Of a DNA stretch of 64,000 bases, positions 21,268 to 35,269 are shown in pieces. A model generated the notes under the pieces. That model made no database searches and was not told the DNA's origin. It saw only the letters and a list, made by a program, of their open reading frames with translations. The translations under genes and the position numbers were made by a program. Every line of letters starts with the position of its first letter. Positions within the stretch are counted from its first letter, which is position 1. The stretch comes from Ostrea edulis (Eukaryota), in the NCBI RefSeq assembly GCF_947568905.1, contig NC_079164.1:91760001-91824000 (forward strand), read 5' to 3'.

Positions 21268-22248
21268 TATGGAGCGCCAAATTAACATAAACTCAAATAA
21301 TTGAAGATATCTTCAATTATTTGAAGATATCATCAATTCAATTATTGCTCTCTTTAATTGAATTAATGCGCGCATTAAATCAATTATTGCTCTCATCAAA
21401 TGAATTAATGCGTGCTTCAATTCAATTATTGCTCTCATCAATTGAATTAATGCGCGCATCAATTGAATTAATGAGAGCAATAATTGATTTAATGCGCGCA
21501 TTAATTCAATTATTGCTCTCTTCAATTCAATTGATGAGAGCATTAATTTCGTAGAAATATTGCTTGCAATAATTGATTTAGAGCTCGGTATAAATAATTT
21601 GATGATCTCTTTAATTCAATTGAAGATACAATGTGTATCTTTAATTATTTACAATGCTTTTGTATAAGGAATTAATGCGCGCATCAATTCTTTTAAAGAG
21701 AGCAACAATTCAATTAAAGAGATCATTAATTCAATTGTGGATATGTTGAATTGAAGATATCTTTAATTATTTAGTTGCTCTCTCTAAAAGAATTATTGCT
21801 CTCTTCAAATGAATTAAAGATATCATTAATTCAATTGAAGAGAGCAATAATTGAATTAATGCGCGCATTAAATCCATTATTGCTCTCATCAAATGAATTA
21901 ATGCACGCATCAATTCAATTATTGCTCTCATCAATTGATTTAATGCACGCATTATATCAATTATTGCTCTCTTCAATTGAATTGTAGCACGCATCAATTC
22001 AATTGTTGATATCATTAATTCATTTGAAGAGATCATTAATTCAATTAAAGCGCGCATCAATTCAGCAGAAGAATTAATGCTATCATCAATTCATTTAAAG
22101 CGCGCAATGATTCAGAATTGAAGATATCATTAATTATTTGAAGAGATCTTTAATTAAATTGTTGTGCGCATCAAATGAATTGATGATATCTTCAAATAAT
22201 TGAAGATATCTTCAATTATTTGAGTTTATGTTAATTTGGCGCTCCATA
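21268..22248. mobile_element. Non-autonomous DNA transposon (IS3EU-like) with 73-bp perfect TIRs and 6-bp TSD
   Basis: TATGGAGCGCC...GGCGCTCCATA with TSD AGGGTG on both sides. The interior is made of short palindromic modules (AATTGAATTAATGCGCGCAT, ATTATTGCTCTC, GAAGATATCTTC). TAY..RTA ends plus a 6-bp TSD fit IS3EU as I recall it. Confidence 0.8.
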
Positions 22249-22444
22249 AGGGTGAAATACAATAACGTAGGAATAGATAAGAAGTCTACAAATTGTAAAA
22301 TTACAGTATATTATGCTTATAGCAAATTCCATGGGACAATTTTAATTTGTTATAAACATATTACGTTTTCAAACTACAGGGATTGAAAATCACTTCGCTG
22401 TAAGTGTGAATTCATTATAAGCATGTTCGCTGTAATCATATCAA

Positions 22445-22839
22445 AGTCTGTAATATGCAAACATCCTCATGTAGTGTAGATTCTAGTTTAGTCACAACAT
22501 CCCCCTCCCAATCAGAGTTTTACATTTGGAATAAATGGGGAGATTCTCTAAGGATTGTCATATTGATATGAAAGCATTCTCATGTAGATTCAAATCTGTT
22601 TACTCCATGATCCCTGGAGTTAAAATAGGGGTCAAGTTTTACATTGAAATGTATTTAAACTTTTTGTAAAATCTTCCAAGTACAACTATGAATATAACAC
22701 CCTAGAGCAAAGTGGGGCCACATTAGAGTTTTAATGAATGAAACTGCTCTGGTGGCTTAATGTTTTTCCTAGGCCTCTGGTGGCTCAATGTTGTTCCTGG
22801 GCCTCTGGTGGTGCGATGTTGTTCCTGGGCCTCTTGTTT
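22445..22839 (+). mobile_element. HINE-like fragment with a triplicated 28-bp terminal motif
   Basis: Similar to the 5385 and 17784 elements. CTGGTGG...ATGTTGTTCCTGGGCCT occurs three times at ~22748-22839. Confidence 0.5.
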
Positions 22840-24215
22840 GAGGTTTTAGTCCCATTACTCAGAGGCAAGGAAAATGAAATTTTAAATTTTTGTTCCCCTT
22901 ACCTCTTACAGATGTTGCAGGCAAAATTTGCCTGGCAATATCTGTATGAAAGTTGAAAAATATGTAGATGCACATACAATGCACAAAAAGGGTCATAATA
23001 GATCATTAACACGGCTCATCTGATCTACAAAATTATACTATGTACATCACCATGTAGCTGGTTGCTTGGGCAAAAATGTTGACCATTATAACAATATTCT
23101 ATGAACAGATTCATTTATTAGGGATATCTTTTATAGTAAAGCTCTATGAAAAGAAAATCGTATTTCGCATTGAACATGAATGAGAAACTACTAGTACAGT
23201 GAAGCTTGTTTAATTCAGATGTTGTGCAACCCGAAAAACTGCTTTACAATGTACTGGTGTTCTGTGTTGTTTAATGCGAGTTTAACAAACATGTAATTCA
23301 CACACCTAAAAATAGTTGCACAAGGTTAGCTTGGTGGCTAAATTGCCATTGACTCTGTAAATTTATATAATGTTAACTGTCAGTTAAAGTTAACCTTTAG
23401 CAGCTGGGTCCTGGACACTGCAGTGACAACAGGAGACAATTCTGTGGATACTTTATTTGAAACATTATCACAGATACATCAACAAAAGAGGTCGTCTACA
23501 ATGAAACTTACAGATTCTGTTCCGTTCAACACCAGAAAATACTTCTACAATGAAACTTACAGATTCTGTTCAACACCAGAAAATACTTCTAATTTCAGCA
23601 TATGTTGTTACAAAATTGTAGATTCTAGAACAATTGTTTGCAAAAGTATATACCTGATATCTTCAAACTAATTTTCAGCTTCACAGTCTTAATTAAAACA
23701 TTAATTATGCATTTCTAAATATAGGAGAAAAAGCTGCCCTCAAAATTTGAAATGCCATCGTTGTCTATACTGCAACTATTATGACTTGAAATATCACTTT
23801 ACCGTACATCATAGGACTGAGGAATAGGACCAATAACACCTCATAAAGTTATTCATTGTGAACAAAAGAAAACAGCTGCACTGGTTTTTATTCTTAGGGT
23901 ATTTAAAAATAACTTAGGAGAGTAGATTATGAAGACAATGTCTTAGAGGACACATCATCATTGTTGACAATTTTACCTGGCACTGTCCATTCTTAACACA
24001 GTGGAGATCATGTTTTAAGTTAGAAATAAGCCTCAAAATGTCCATTCTGTGAGAGAAAGAATCTTCCTAAGGACCTTGATCAGTTGTCTCTCTCACAGAA
24101 TGAACAGTTTTTGTCTTATATCCTTTACATAAAATGTTCATTACAGCAGGGATAAACTGTCTTCAGCTGCTCTTAACTTTGTTTTCTATAACAAACTCTA
24201 CAATCTCTACTGGAG

Positions 24216-27200
24216 TTATAAACCTCTTGCTGCAGAAGGATCCTTGAGAACAACTGTTGCGTACATCTTATTCATCTGTTCAATGAAAATAAAAGTCAGA
24301 ACTGTGTGAGGTCCCAGGCGGAAATAGTATGGCAAGAATCCCTTCCATAAACTGAAAAACCCCTCCTTCTTTACTGTCCTTAGAAATACATCCTGCAATG
24401 AAATAAACCAATTATATGACTATACTAAAGGATGAACCAATAATTCTCACAGTCTCTGCTCTGGGAAATTACAAAATGTTTTTTTTGCCCCGCCCTGAAG
24501 GCCCCATGGTAGAAGGAGTCCTGAAATTTACAGTTCATGTCCCCATTGTCCAAAAGATGCTTCATGCCAAATTTGAAAAGAATTGGAAAGATAGTTATCA
24601 ACAAGAAGTTAAAAATGTTCAATTGTTAAAGCACAGCGCCAGACACAGGTCAATAGCAGTAGGTCCCCTGAGTGACTCAGGTGACCTAGAAGTAATACTA
24701 ACGGTTGCTCCCTTGTACTCTTGTTTTCCTTCGGTGGTTTTCATATTCTGTATTCTGTGAAACAAATAATTGTAAAATAAAAGATGCAGTTTATAACAGC
24801 ATGTTACAAATGCTCAATAAATCTTACATTCTACTAAGAGAGATCACAGTAGGATTGTCTATAAACGTATTACATCATACCTTGTTTTGACAATATCCAC
24901 AGGCATTGAAAACAATGTTGTTATGAAACCACTGATCATGCTGCTGACAAAATGTAACAACAGTCCATCTTTAAATTTTTCTGAAATGCAATATGTTTCA
25001 AAATGAGAACAAATATTAATTTTTCATTAAATGTTTCCAAAAAATTTATTACCCCTAACTTGGACTTTAGGGTCATTGATATTTTATTTGTTATAAAAAA
25101 TTGTTGATGCACTGGTACTTCTCTTGTTTTGGGCTAGTACGAGCTAATTGTCCTTTATTATACAGTTAGCCTCTTGGAACTGTACATATTATTTAGAAAG
25201 ACAAAGTAGAGTAATTAATTACCGAGAAATTTTCTTTTATAGATCTGTGTGTCTCTTAACAAAGAGGCATAAATATGTTTTCCACCCAGAATACTGTATG
25301 GCATTAAAATGTCTGCTGTAAATCAATGTATACATACTATCCAAGAAAAACTGTTTGACTTGTGAATAAGAGGATAGCTGGGATGCATTCACTACCATTG
25401 CTCTGCCAATTGTGGGACCACTTCCCTGAAATAAAACAATGCTCATGGAATAAAATGCTCACCTGTAGCTAAATGCTTTTAAAGCAAACAGACTCTCAAG
25501 TATGTTGGGCTTCAAGTTGAGCCACAGTTACGAACAAGTATGACTTAGCACAATACTTGACCTTTGACCTCAAAATAAATAGGGGCCATCTACTTCTTGT
25601 GGTGAAGCTTTGCATCAAACTTCAATAGTTTCACCCTTGACCTTTCACTGTGACCTCAAAATCAGTTGGGTCATCTGTAGTGCTTTTTATTTATTTTAGG
25701 GGAAACCAGAATAACAAGTTTGATGTCTGTCAAGCAAAGGGTTCCTTTGACAATAAGTGGACAACACTTCGTCTACCAACTAAAAGACCGGTGCAAACCA
25801 GTATGTCCCCTTTTTCACAATTTTGAGATTATTCACAAAGTTATCTAAATCACAGAAAAATATATGGACAAAATCCATATCTACCTCAAAATAGCACAAA
25901 TGAGTTAAATTACAAACTATACAATAACATTGCATGTCTAATGTTAAGACTATTTGTCTGTACATACCCTGAAGAGAGATCTAAATCCCTCCTCTAACCA
26001 CACTCTCCTGAGCGCATCAAACACATTTTTGTATCCTCTCCTCTGTTCAACAGGAAGACTGGAAAAAAGAAATTAAATCACTTTAAATGAACTCCTACTT
26101 ACATATAGTTTTCTGCATTTTTTTAATATACATGTGGATATTTTCAAGTATGTAAAATATAGATATTATTGACCTGTAAGTTATTAAAAAGTAACAGCTG
26201 TAAATCACTTGATCTTAACTTGTCTCAATATTTGGTGATGATTTCCATAAAAGTTTGGAATGCTGGTAAAGGGAAATACTAGTAGTCGAAGATAGACAAA
26301 CTTTAAACTCATAAAATAAATCATCATATAATATAATATCATTCTTAATTCAAATAAAATGTAAAAAATAAACCAAACATATTTTCAAACAGTTTCAACA
26401 ATATTGCAAAATAGGTCATAGAGTTCGTGGAATGTGTATATTCAAATGCGGAGAGATGGTACTAAAAAATCGGATGTAACTAGATTGAAACAAAATGCGT
26501 CTTTGTTGTTGCAAATGACAAACAGCAGATTGCAATAGAAATTAATCAGAATACACATAGTGAATGTAAAATTGTCAATATTGATTTATGACATGCTTAT
26601 AGATGTACTGTTTTATCTTACCGTCCATCTGCTGTCATTCTAATGAGGGCCAACTCTGCAGGAGTTCCTACAAAAGCACCCACACCTCCTGCAAACACGC
26701 CTATCAATACCTTTTTTATAAAGCTTGGAGGTTTACCATTTCTGTAAAAATAGACCCAGAATTTAGTTATCAATACATGCACAGTAATATAAATTCCTGG
26801 ATACTGCATTACAATAGATTTCAAGAGAATTCAAACTCTCAATGTTTACTAATGTAGCATGTATACACAAGCACCATAATATACTATCAAATGTAGTAAA
26901 TATATATACACACACAGACAAGTATTTACCAGACAAATTTGTAGATAAACGAATCACATGCCCCCCCCCCTCCCCCCCAATTTTCAATACACTATATCCA
27001 TGCACAGAGGGTATGTTAATCACTGGGTATAAGACTATGTTCACATGGTGTCCAAATGATAAATATCAATAAATAATCATATTAGAAAGTAGGCACACAT
27101 AATGCTAAGATTTTATGACCAAATGATAAATATCAATAAATAATCATATTAGAAAGTAGGCACACATAATGCTAAAGTTATGAAATCGTTCATTGTATAT

Positions 27201-30200
27201 CATATGGATATACATAGTTTATCCTGTTGTTCATATCTTTAACATGTTCTGATAATGTGATTACATGATATTAAATGTAATATATGTATATGGAGTTCAA
27301 TTTGTTCAAACTGAATATTTAACAATTGAATGGTATTTATTAATAGAACAGGTTATTGAAATCTGAACATTCGCCTCACCCAACACAGATTTCCACTCCA
27401 CACCCTGGATAACTCCATCTTATGTCTCAAACGGACTGTGAAACTAATGGTTAAAACCGACTGTGTAACTAATGGTTAAAACCGACTGTGTAACTAATAT
27501 TACAAACAAACTATAATGGTGTTTCCATTTGGAATTCTATTTTCTAAACCTTACACACTAAATTTTTCGAAGAGTGACGAGTATATTCCCATTCTTGTTG
27601 TGGTGTATGTTGCCTGCCGCAAGAGACCAGCTGAAAGTCTGAAATGGAAATAAAAAAATTGAAACAAATATTGATCTTAAGTATATATTCTGCCTGAAAA
27701 TTAGTTGATTTTATGTATAACTGAAAAATTCACCTTATGTGCAACAAAAGTATTGTATTATATAGCACAACACATCATTCTTTTATGATATTTGAAATTA
27801 TAAGATACAATGAAATTGTATGTGGTTATCATATATATGTTATATCATTATTGCAAATCCTACATATATACATGTATACCAGGGCTGTCAATCTCTTTGA
27901 ATTGGGTCCGATAAACGGACTCTTCCCAATTGGGAAAATTAAAAGCCCTCAAAATTCCCAATTTACTTATCTAGAAATTCTCAATATCACAAACTGTTGT
28001 TACATTGTGTGTATAAAAAAATGAAATCGTGTTAGTTTCGTTTGTCCCTATAACTTCTCATGCATTTTCGACAAGACCTGAAAAGTCAAATTTCCCCATT
28101 TGACCCAAAACATAGATAATTTCCCCATGAATCTATGGGACCCAGACCCTGTACCAAAAAGGACAGTGACAGCCCTGTATACCATGGACACAAAAACATT
28201 AAATAATGACATAATAAAATTTGCTACCAGTAGTTTGTGATTTGCAACCATTAACACTGATTTAATGGTTGTAAAGAGTTTTACTGGCAACGTGTCAGTA
28301 AAGCTGGTAAAATGGTAGTCGGCAACTGTTAAATCAGCATTAACAGTCACAAAAAGCAAATGAGAAAATATCTATTCCCATTCTAAAGCAATTTCCCATT
28401 TTTCTTAATGATTACACCATTTTTGTTTTAGTTTTGCTTGTTTGTTTTGTGAAATATGCAATGAAATGTTTACGTTTTATGCTATGTTTTCGTGTCATTG
28501 TATCAACAACACAATGGAAAGCTTTCTTTTTCAGTATTGCTTGTTTAACTGCCTCAAACCTCTCACCAATCACTTCCAGACTTCTCCAACAATGCAACCA
28601 GAGAACCACCAACAACACAGATTGTGTCTGTCATCAAGTAAAACCAAACACAGCAGAAATAATGTATACATTATCGATTGTTTCTTCTTACACATGAAAC
28701 ACTAGCTTTATCATCATCAACCATGACAATTGTGGAAAATTATGCATCCATGGGCCATCAATCTGGAAAACTTAAACTGAAGGTATAAATCTTCAATTTC
28801 CATTCAACCAATCACTTCAGTCATGACCTTTGACTCTTTGACTTGAAAACTAATGCAGGGCCACCACTCTCCTCAAAGTTAGACCAAATATTCGACCCAA
28901 CTTTGATCCCCTATTGTGGCCCCATCCTACCTCTGGGGGCCAGGATTTTAACAAACTTAAATCTGCACTATGTCAGTAAGCTTTCACATCAATTTGTACT
29001 TTCCTGGCCCAGTGGTTCTTGAGAAGAAGATTTTCAAAGATTTTACCTATATATTTGCATGTAAAACTTTAATCCCCTTATATTGTTGCCCCAACCTACC
29101 CCTGGGGGGTCATGGTTTTAACAAACTTGAACCTGCACTATGTCAGGAAGTTTTCATGTAAATTTCAGCTCTTGGTTCTTGAGAAGATATTTAAATGACC
29201 CCTCTCTAGTTTTGCATTTTTGTGATTATCTCCCCTTTGAATGGGGCATGGTACTTAATTTGAAAAAAAAACAAACTTGAAAGCCCTTCACCCAAGGGTG
29301 CTTTGTTCCAAGTTTGGTTGAACTTGGCCCAGTGGTTCTGAAGAAGATGATGAAATTGTGAAATCTTTACAACAACAAATAAGATATACAACAGAGCCTT
29401 TGGTTCACTGAGCTGACAGAAGAATCTAGGAAGGGGTTGGGTTTACCGGTACATACAAGAAAATGGAAGTTGCAATGTAACTCTTACCCAGTGTAGATAC
29501 CAGTAATGCCCTCATTTCTCAGTACCGTGATTAATGCGTGACCACTGGATTTATACTGTCGACTTTGTCCTCCCTCACCTATAAGTAACAAGTATTTTAT
29601 CATCCATAGAGCAAATTCCATGTACTAACCATACTACACTGTTTCTCTAACATGTATTTGATAAATACTAGAGGTATCAATATAAAACTACCAATATAGT
29701 CAAACACGCTTATAGCAAAGTGCTGGGGACAGAATATTTAGATTCATTATAAACAAAATTCATTATATCCAATAAGTTCATAATTTGTTTTAAACTACAG
29801 GGAACGAAAATCAATTTGCTGCAACTGAGTTACATTTTTTCACCGTTTCCCAAGTAGGCATTAAATAATTGTATAAGGATCTAGTTCAACCATTTTTTAT
29901 TCTAGATCATATTCGTGAATTTCTGGTGGTAAATTTCCAGTTATAAAAGCTTTTGACAATGTGTTGATTTGCTGCTAACCGATTTTTATATTTATGCAAG
30001 AAATTTCCCTGGGATTTGCAAGCAGCTTCAGGTTATTTGTCATCATGAACCTTAATAAACGTAGCCTCTAAAGATAAGCGATTTATATGAACCAGTTATT
30101 CAGTAATAAACGTAGCCTCTGAAGATAAGCGATTTATATGAACCTGTTATTGAATAAGTAATAAATGTAGCCTCTAAAGATAAGCGATTTATATGAACCA

Positions 30201-33200
30201 GTTATTCAGTAATAAACATAGCCTCTGAAGATAAGAGATTTATATGAACCAGTTATTGAATCAGTAATAAACGTAGCCTCTGAAGATAAGCGATTTATAT
30301 GTGATATCATTATCAAGATTCTTCATTTATTTTCCATTTTTCAAAGCTCATAGACAAGAAGATTGATTGATTGGTTACATATTGTTTTACGTCCCTCTTG
30401 AGAATCTTTCACTCGTACGGAAACGTCACCACTGCCGGTGAAGGGCTGCAAAATTTAGGCCTATGCTCGGCGCTTAATACCGCCTTTGAGCAGGGAGGGA
30501 TCTTTATTGTGCCACACCTGTTGTGACACAGGGCCTCAGTTTTTGATGTCTCATCCAAAGGACTGCCCCATTTAGTCGCCTCTTACAACAAGCAAGGGGG
30601 TACTGAGGACTTATTCTAACCCAGATCCCCACGGAATACAGACAAGAAGCATTATCATTTGCAAACTTAAGTTTTCCTGCCCCTGCACTTGAAAATCTCT
30701 TGAGAAAATCATAAAATAATAATACTACTCATGCACAAAAAATTATCACCACAAATCAGTTAGACATTTTGCAATCAAAAATTGATGTATGAAATAGTTG
30801 GATCTTAGTATATTTGCATACATGTATATACATTTACACTTCATCAAAATTGGTCTGCATTCATGAACATAATAATTGGTTTGTGGTGAAAAATATTAAA
30901 GTGAAAGTGGAAATCCTGAATCTTGCAGACATTTAGGAAAATAAAAGCTGGTTTGTAGCCCCCATCTCTGTGAAATATTATTTGTCCAAATTAATGTTTA
31001 AAGTAAACTCTCTCAATACAAAAAGATTATTGTCGTTATCCTAAGGTAATTAGAATACTTATAGGTGTCTACTCGCCCACTTCTACAGCAGATTTTGCCA
31101 TTTCACTGTCTGAATATTTTGTGTTTGTATAATACGGAAATTCCGAGTTCCCCAACAGTTATTTCCCTTTATCGAACTCTTCCGTAAATTATGACGTAAA
31201 ATATGATGACAGTGGGTACATTTGCTAATTACTATCATTGTATTATTTCTTAAAAGATGATATCCAGAGTTTCTGAGACCATCCTATCTCAGGGGAAAGG
31301 CAACTTTAGTGAGTTTATGAATATTGGATAACAAAATGGCTCAAACAAATATTGTTAATTGCCATTTTTCTTTGAAAAAAGGGTCACTCATGTAGAAGAG
31401 GAAACGAATAATGATTTAATAGCCAATTTGATGATCTTATTCAAACAAATTATGCTTGATATGGCCAGAATATGCATACCAGTGATTGATATAAACAAAA
31501 GTTACACTTTCATTACATTAATCGTACGTAATCGTTATGTACAGTGCCAGTCTACGATATAATGTATACATTGTGTACCCACCATACGTCATAAAATGCG
31601 AAAGAGTTCAACAAAGGGAAATAACTTTTGGGTAACTCAGAACTTGCGTATTGTATACCTCTACTGTTGATTGCTAATGTGGGAATTGTGAAAAAGGTTT
31701 GATCCACTTGGACTAACAATCTTTTTTAAAAGTACTAAACAGTTCATATCAAAATGTAACAAACTGTTTAATGCATAAAGTTCAACATATTTTCTTCTTC
31801 AAAAAGTGAATTTCAGTATTAGTCTAATCGCACTATAACAATGAATTATATAAAAATTGCTAATTCCGCCTTCCATCCCAGCTATCAAAGAAGATACCCA
31901 TAATCATCTACTAAATATATGTCAATATTTTGAAATAACAAACGTAAACTTTACCACTAAGCTGCATCCTATTCTTAACCAAGTCCAGAGGCTGGACAAA
32001 CACTGTGGCACCCATCCTGGAAAAACAACAACATAAAAACATAAGATATCTGCAGAGTACCAGACACTGGTCAATCTAGCAGTAATTTCCAGTATACATC
32101 AGACTATATGGTACAATTACCAGCTGATTTAATCAACTAATGACAACTCAGGGCTGTCACTGTCCTTTTTGGTACAGGGTCTGGGTCCCATTAGATTGGG
32201 AAAATTATCGACGTTTTGGGTCAAATTGGGAAATTTTACTTTCATACAATTATTTTAAAAAAACTATTAGCTTTTTAGCGAAACAGCATTTGTATTGATG
32301 TCAACTTTGCCCTACATTGGTTACTATCACGTGACCGTGGTGTATAAATGACAAATAAAATTAGTCATTCCGGCACATCCCAAAAGTTCCGTATTCAAGT
32401 CGGCTGATGATAGTGATATGCATAATTATCATCTATAATTAAAAAGTAAATTTGCCATATTGAACAGTATTTTTTCAATGTTGGAAATCTATGACTAACT
32501 ATGAACAATAATGTCAGACAATTTATATTTTAACAGAGTACAGGTCTATTCAATGCAAGGGAAAACAGTGTTTATAAAAGAGTGACTATTATGGTTGATG
32601 TGTGAAAGCACATGGAAAAATATTTTTAAAAACATCACCATTGTTGCAAGCCATGGCTGATTTTCCTAAAAATTTTGTTTTTCATTTTTAATGATCAAAA
32701 TCTACTGTCCAATGCGTTTTAAAAGTTTCAATGACAAAACAAACAAACAAAAATGAAGGTTATAAATTATGACAGACCACATTATTGTTTGTTGTTTGAA
32801 CGTGTTAAAGGGACTGATTCACGATTTTACCCAAAATTTTGTTGTTCACTTTTAATGATCAAAATCTACTGCCTAATGTGTTTGAAAGATTTCACATGAA
32901 AATTAAGGTTATACATCATCACAGAAGCTCATTTTAGAGAGTTTATTATTTGTTTTGTAAACAAAGATTGCGATATGTTATTGTTTACGGAATTTTCAAA
33001 AGAAATGGATATCGATCTAAGTATTATATCTTTAATTTTTCAAGCATTTTTGGGGTGAAATGTGTCATCTAAAAGTTAAAATTTGTGACTATGCAAAATT
33101 AAGATGTATTATATTATAAAGTCAATATTTCACTTGTTTGTTTACATAAACTTTGTTTACATAACACATATTTAAGGCTAAAATATTGCTTTCATTCATG

Positions 33201-33757
33201 CATTCAGAAGGTCAAAATTTTGGCTGTCAACATTAAATGAGTTATATTTCTAATGTTTAACATCAAAACTGAAAAATATTTTTATCAAAAATCGTGAACC
33301 AGTCCCTTTAAACAATGATTTAGGCAGGGCATGAAGCTAACTTTTTATGTCGACAAGTCCAGCCGGACTGATACTCATAGGGTATGATGATTTTAACCAG
33401 TTCGCAGAAAAATTTACTAGTCCAACAGAGTTTTCCAGAAGTAATTAAACATATATATCGTTTAATGTTATTAAAAAGAAATAATGGAATCTAACTCGAT
33501 CAATATGCCTCGGACAATATTGTAACACTTATGTGAGATTTATATTTACTAACTGGGTTTGTCTGATATCTACAGAGGAATGCCAAATGCATGTATAAGA
33601 TTCCATAAGTATATTTTCCAAAATGATACTTTAGAAAATTAACCAGTCCCATCGGACTGACTAAAACAAATGTATATGTTAGTCCGCCAGACTTTTGACC
33701 AGTCACAGACTGAGGGGCATTAGTTAGAATAATCTAACTGTGTCTCGGGACAGGCCC

Positions 33758-33801
<44 letters not shown>

Positions 33802-34308
33802 GGGGCATATGCTAATTTCGAGCCCTGATTTTGGTATGTTATTGTTTACAAAGTTTTGAAAATGCCTAGTTATGGATCCAAGTTCATGATACATATCATA
33901 TAATTTATTGCTTAGTCGACTGATACAATCATTTGAATCAATTAAAAAATACATCGGGCTCAGGATTTGGGTACATTAACATTTTTAAAACATTACACGA
34001 TTACTAACTAAGAAGAAGCTTAGTTTTATGTTCATTAATAAATTTCCTTCTACTATCAATTTTTAAAAAAAATGTGATTTTGCATTCCTTGTCCTTTGAG
34101 TGTACGCTTCTATGCATCCAGTGACTTGAACAACTGCATGTTCCGTGGTGTCCTTGGATCACTCAGACTGCACGTGCATCGGTGTTTCTTTCATAATAAA
34201 AACAACAATATTTACAAAAAGTTTAACTTACCCAGCTAGCCCACCGATTGTAAACTTCATGTATTTCGGTATGCCCACAGCGGGCATTTTGTTCGATTTC
34301 TCCGACAT
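24216..34308 (-). CDS. SLC25A11: Mitochondrial 2-oxoglutarate/malate carrier protein, 313 aa
   Basis: Ten GT-AG exons: 34308-34232, 32016-31955, 29578-29488, 27638-27555, 26741-26622, 26058-25968, 25425-25338, 24980-24881, 24754-24703 and 24392-24216 (942 nt, all phases compatible). It contains FTIGGLAGMGATVFVQPLDLVKNRMQLS, GLSAGLLRQATYTTTR, GTPAELALIRMTADGR, SMPVDIVKTRIQNM and EGFFSLWKGFLPYYFRLGPHTVLTFIF, including three Px[DE]xxK/R carrier motifs. Confidence 0.96.
27880..28177. mobile_element. MITE with 11-bp TIR CAGGGCTGTCA and 5-bp TSD TATAC (hAT5-like), in SLC25A11 intron 4... upstream side of exon 27555-27638
   Basis: Perfect TIR and TSD read directly. It lies in the intron between exons 29488-29578 and 27555-27638. 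One end is repeated, inverted, at ~32149-32240. Confidence 0.85.
28850..29415 (-). mobile_element. HINE/CvA-pearl-like element (intronic)
   Basis: Reverse complement of the 17784 family (e.g. GAACTTGGCCCAGTGGTTCTGAAGAAGA, CCCCTTTGAATGGGG). Boundaries are approximate. Confidence 0.6.
30054..30301. repeat. 51/55-bp tandem repeat, 5 units (intronic)
   Basis: AATAAACGTAGCCTCT(A/G)AAGATAAGCGATTTATATGAACC starts at 30054, 30105, 30160, 30211 and 30266. Confidence 0.9.
30361..30635 (-). mobile_element. SINE body and tail (family also at 39430-39680 and 41265-41360)
   Basis: A (GATT)n tail followed by CCCTCTTGAGAATCTTTCACTC...GAAACGTCACC...GGCCTATGCTCGGCGCTTA...GAGCAGGGAGGGATCTTTAT, present in three places. 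Confidence 0.75.
31135..31650. mobile_element. MITE with long imperfect TIRs
   Basis: GAGTTCCCAACAGTTATTTCCCTTT...TTATGACGTA is mirrored by TACGTCATAA...AAAGGGAAATAACTTTTGGGTAACTC. Boundaries are approximate. Confidence 0.55.
32809..33307 (+). mobile_element. TTAA-flanked (Kolobok-like) MITE family B, copy 2
   Basis: TTAA|AGGGACTGATTCACGATTTT...AAAATCGTGAACCAGTCCCT|TTAA, highly similar to 10615-11141. Confidence 0.85.
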
Positions 34309-35061
34309 CCTTGGGCTTTGCGTTACGAAACCGGGCCGGGTGCTTCAGTGTCAGTCAGATTGGGTCACACTAAAAGCCGGATTAGTTCTGCACACTAATA
34401 GCGATGATAGTTTGATTTTTTTTTAAAATCTTGCAGTATTGCATGATAAATAAAGACCAAAAAAGACAACTGTATCATCAAAAACCATTTTCAAATCATC
34501 ATACTTTAAACAGCTTAAATCCTAGTCCGAATTATCTTACGTTTTCATGGCTTTTTTATGATTTTGATGTTTACCGTGCCAGGTTCCAGATATTTCGGAC
34601 TACTTGAATCCATGTATCCTCCCCACGATTCAATAAACATTTTTGTGAAACACTGATCTCCCACAGGTGCTTGGGTTCAATTTAACAATTAACAGGTTTT
34701 GATTTAAATCACTCAAAATTCAATCTCTCTTCGTTATGCATTGATTTTTTTGTTGAAAATCTCTCTTATGCATGTCTTGCATACCTCCAAAGTCCAAAAT
34801 AACTAAAAATAAGCCCTTTTAAAATAAAAAATAAAAATGCTCTCACTGTCCGGGAATTATAACAATTAACTCGTGTAGGTTATTCGGGGGAGGGAGGGGG
34901 TCCTGAACCCAAACACCTGTGATATGTTCATGATTTAACTCTTCAGAGTCAAGTGTCACTCGATATACAGCGGACTTTTCTCAGGTTCGATTCCCGATCC
35001 AGACCAACATTTTTCTCCTCTCCTATATACTCAATTGGTACCGCTGAACACCCCTGCACTG

Positions 35062-35158
35062 CAATCTAATTAAAATCAGACTTCTTAGATCCGCACCGTA
35101 TACTCTGCGTATTGCAGCGATTGTGAGCGCATCTTAGGATCTGATTTTAATTAAATTG
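35062..35158. mobile_element. 97-bp Mutator-like micro-MITE
   Basis: CAATCTAATTAAAATCAGA TIR, with TSD CCCTGCACTG/CCCTGCACTA. Confidence 0.75.
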
Positions 35159-35269
35159 CCCTGCACTACAGGAAGGAATGTAAGAAATCGAACCCGGGAC
35201 CCCCGCATTACTAGCGAGATACTCTAACCACTGATATCCACCGTCCTATTTCATTCCCTATTAAATGTG

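Noticed and set aside
21313-22060. Leu/Ile/Met-rich ORFs on both strands (leucine-rich repeat or coiled-coil protein)
   Set aside because: They arise from palindromic modules inside a TIR/TSD-bounded MITE, with no splice or domain support.
29950-30060. Intronic snoRNA (ATGATGA and CTGA boxes, GCTGCT/AGCAGC hairpin with ACA) on the minus strand
   Set aside because: The C and D boxes are only ~8 nt apart, and the hairpin lacks a symmetric pseudouridylation pocket. It would need a snoRNA covariance search to revive.
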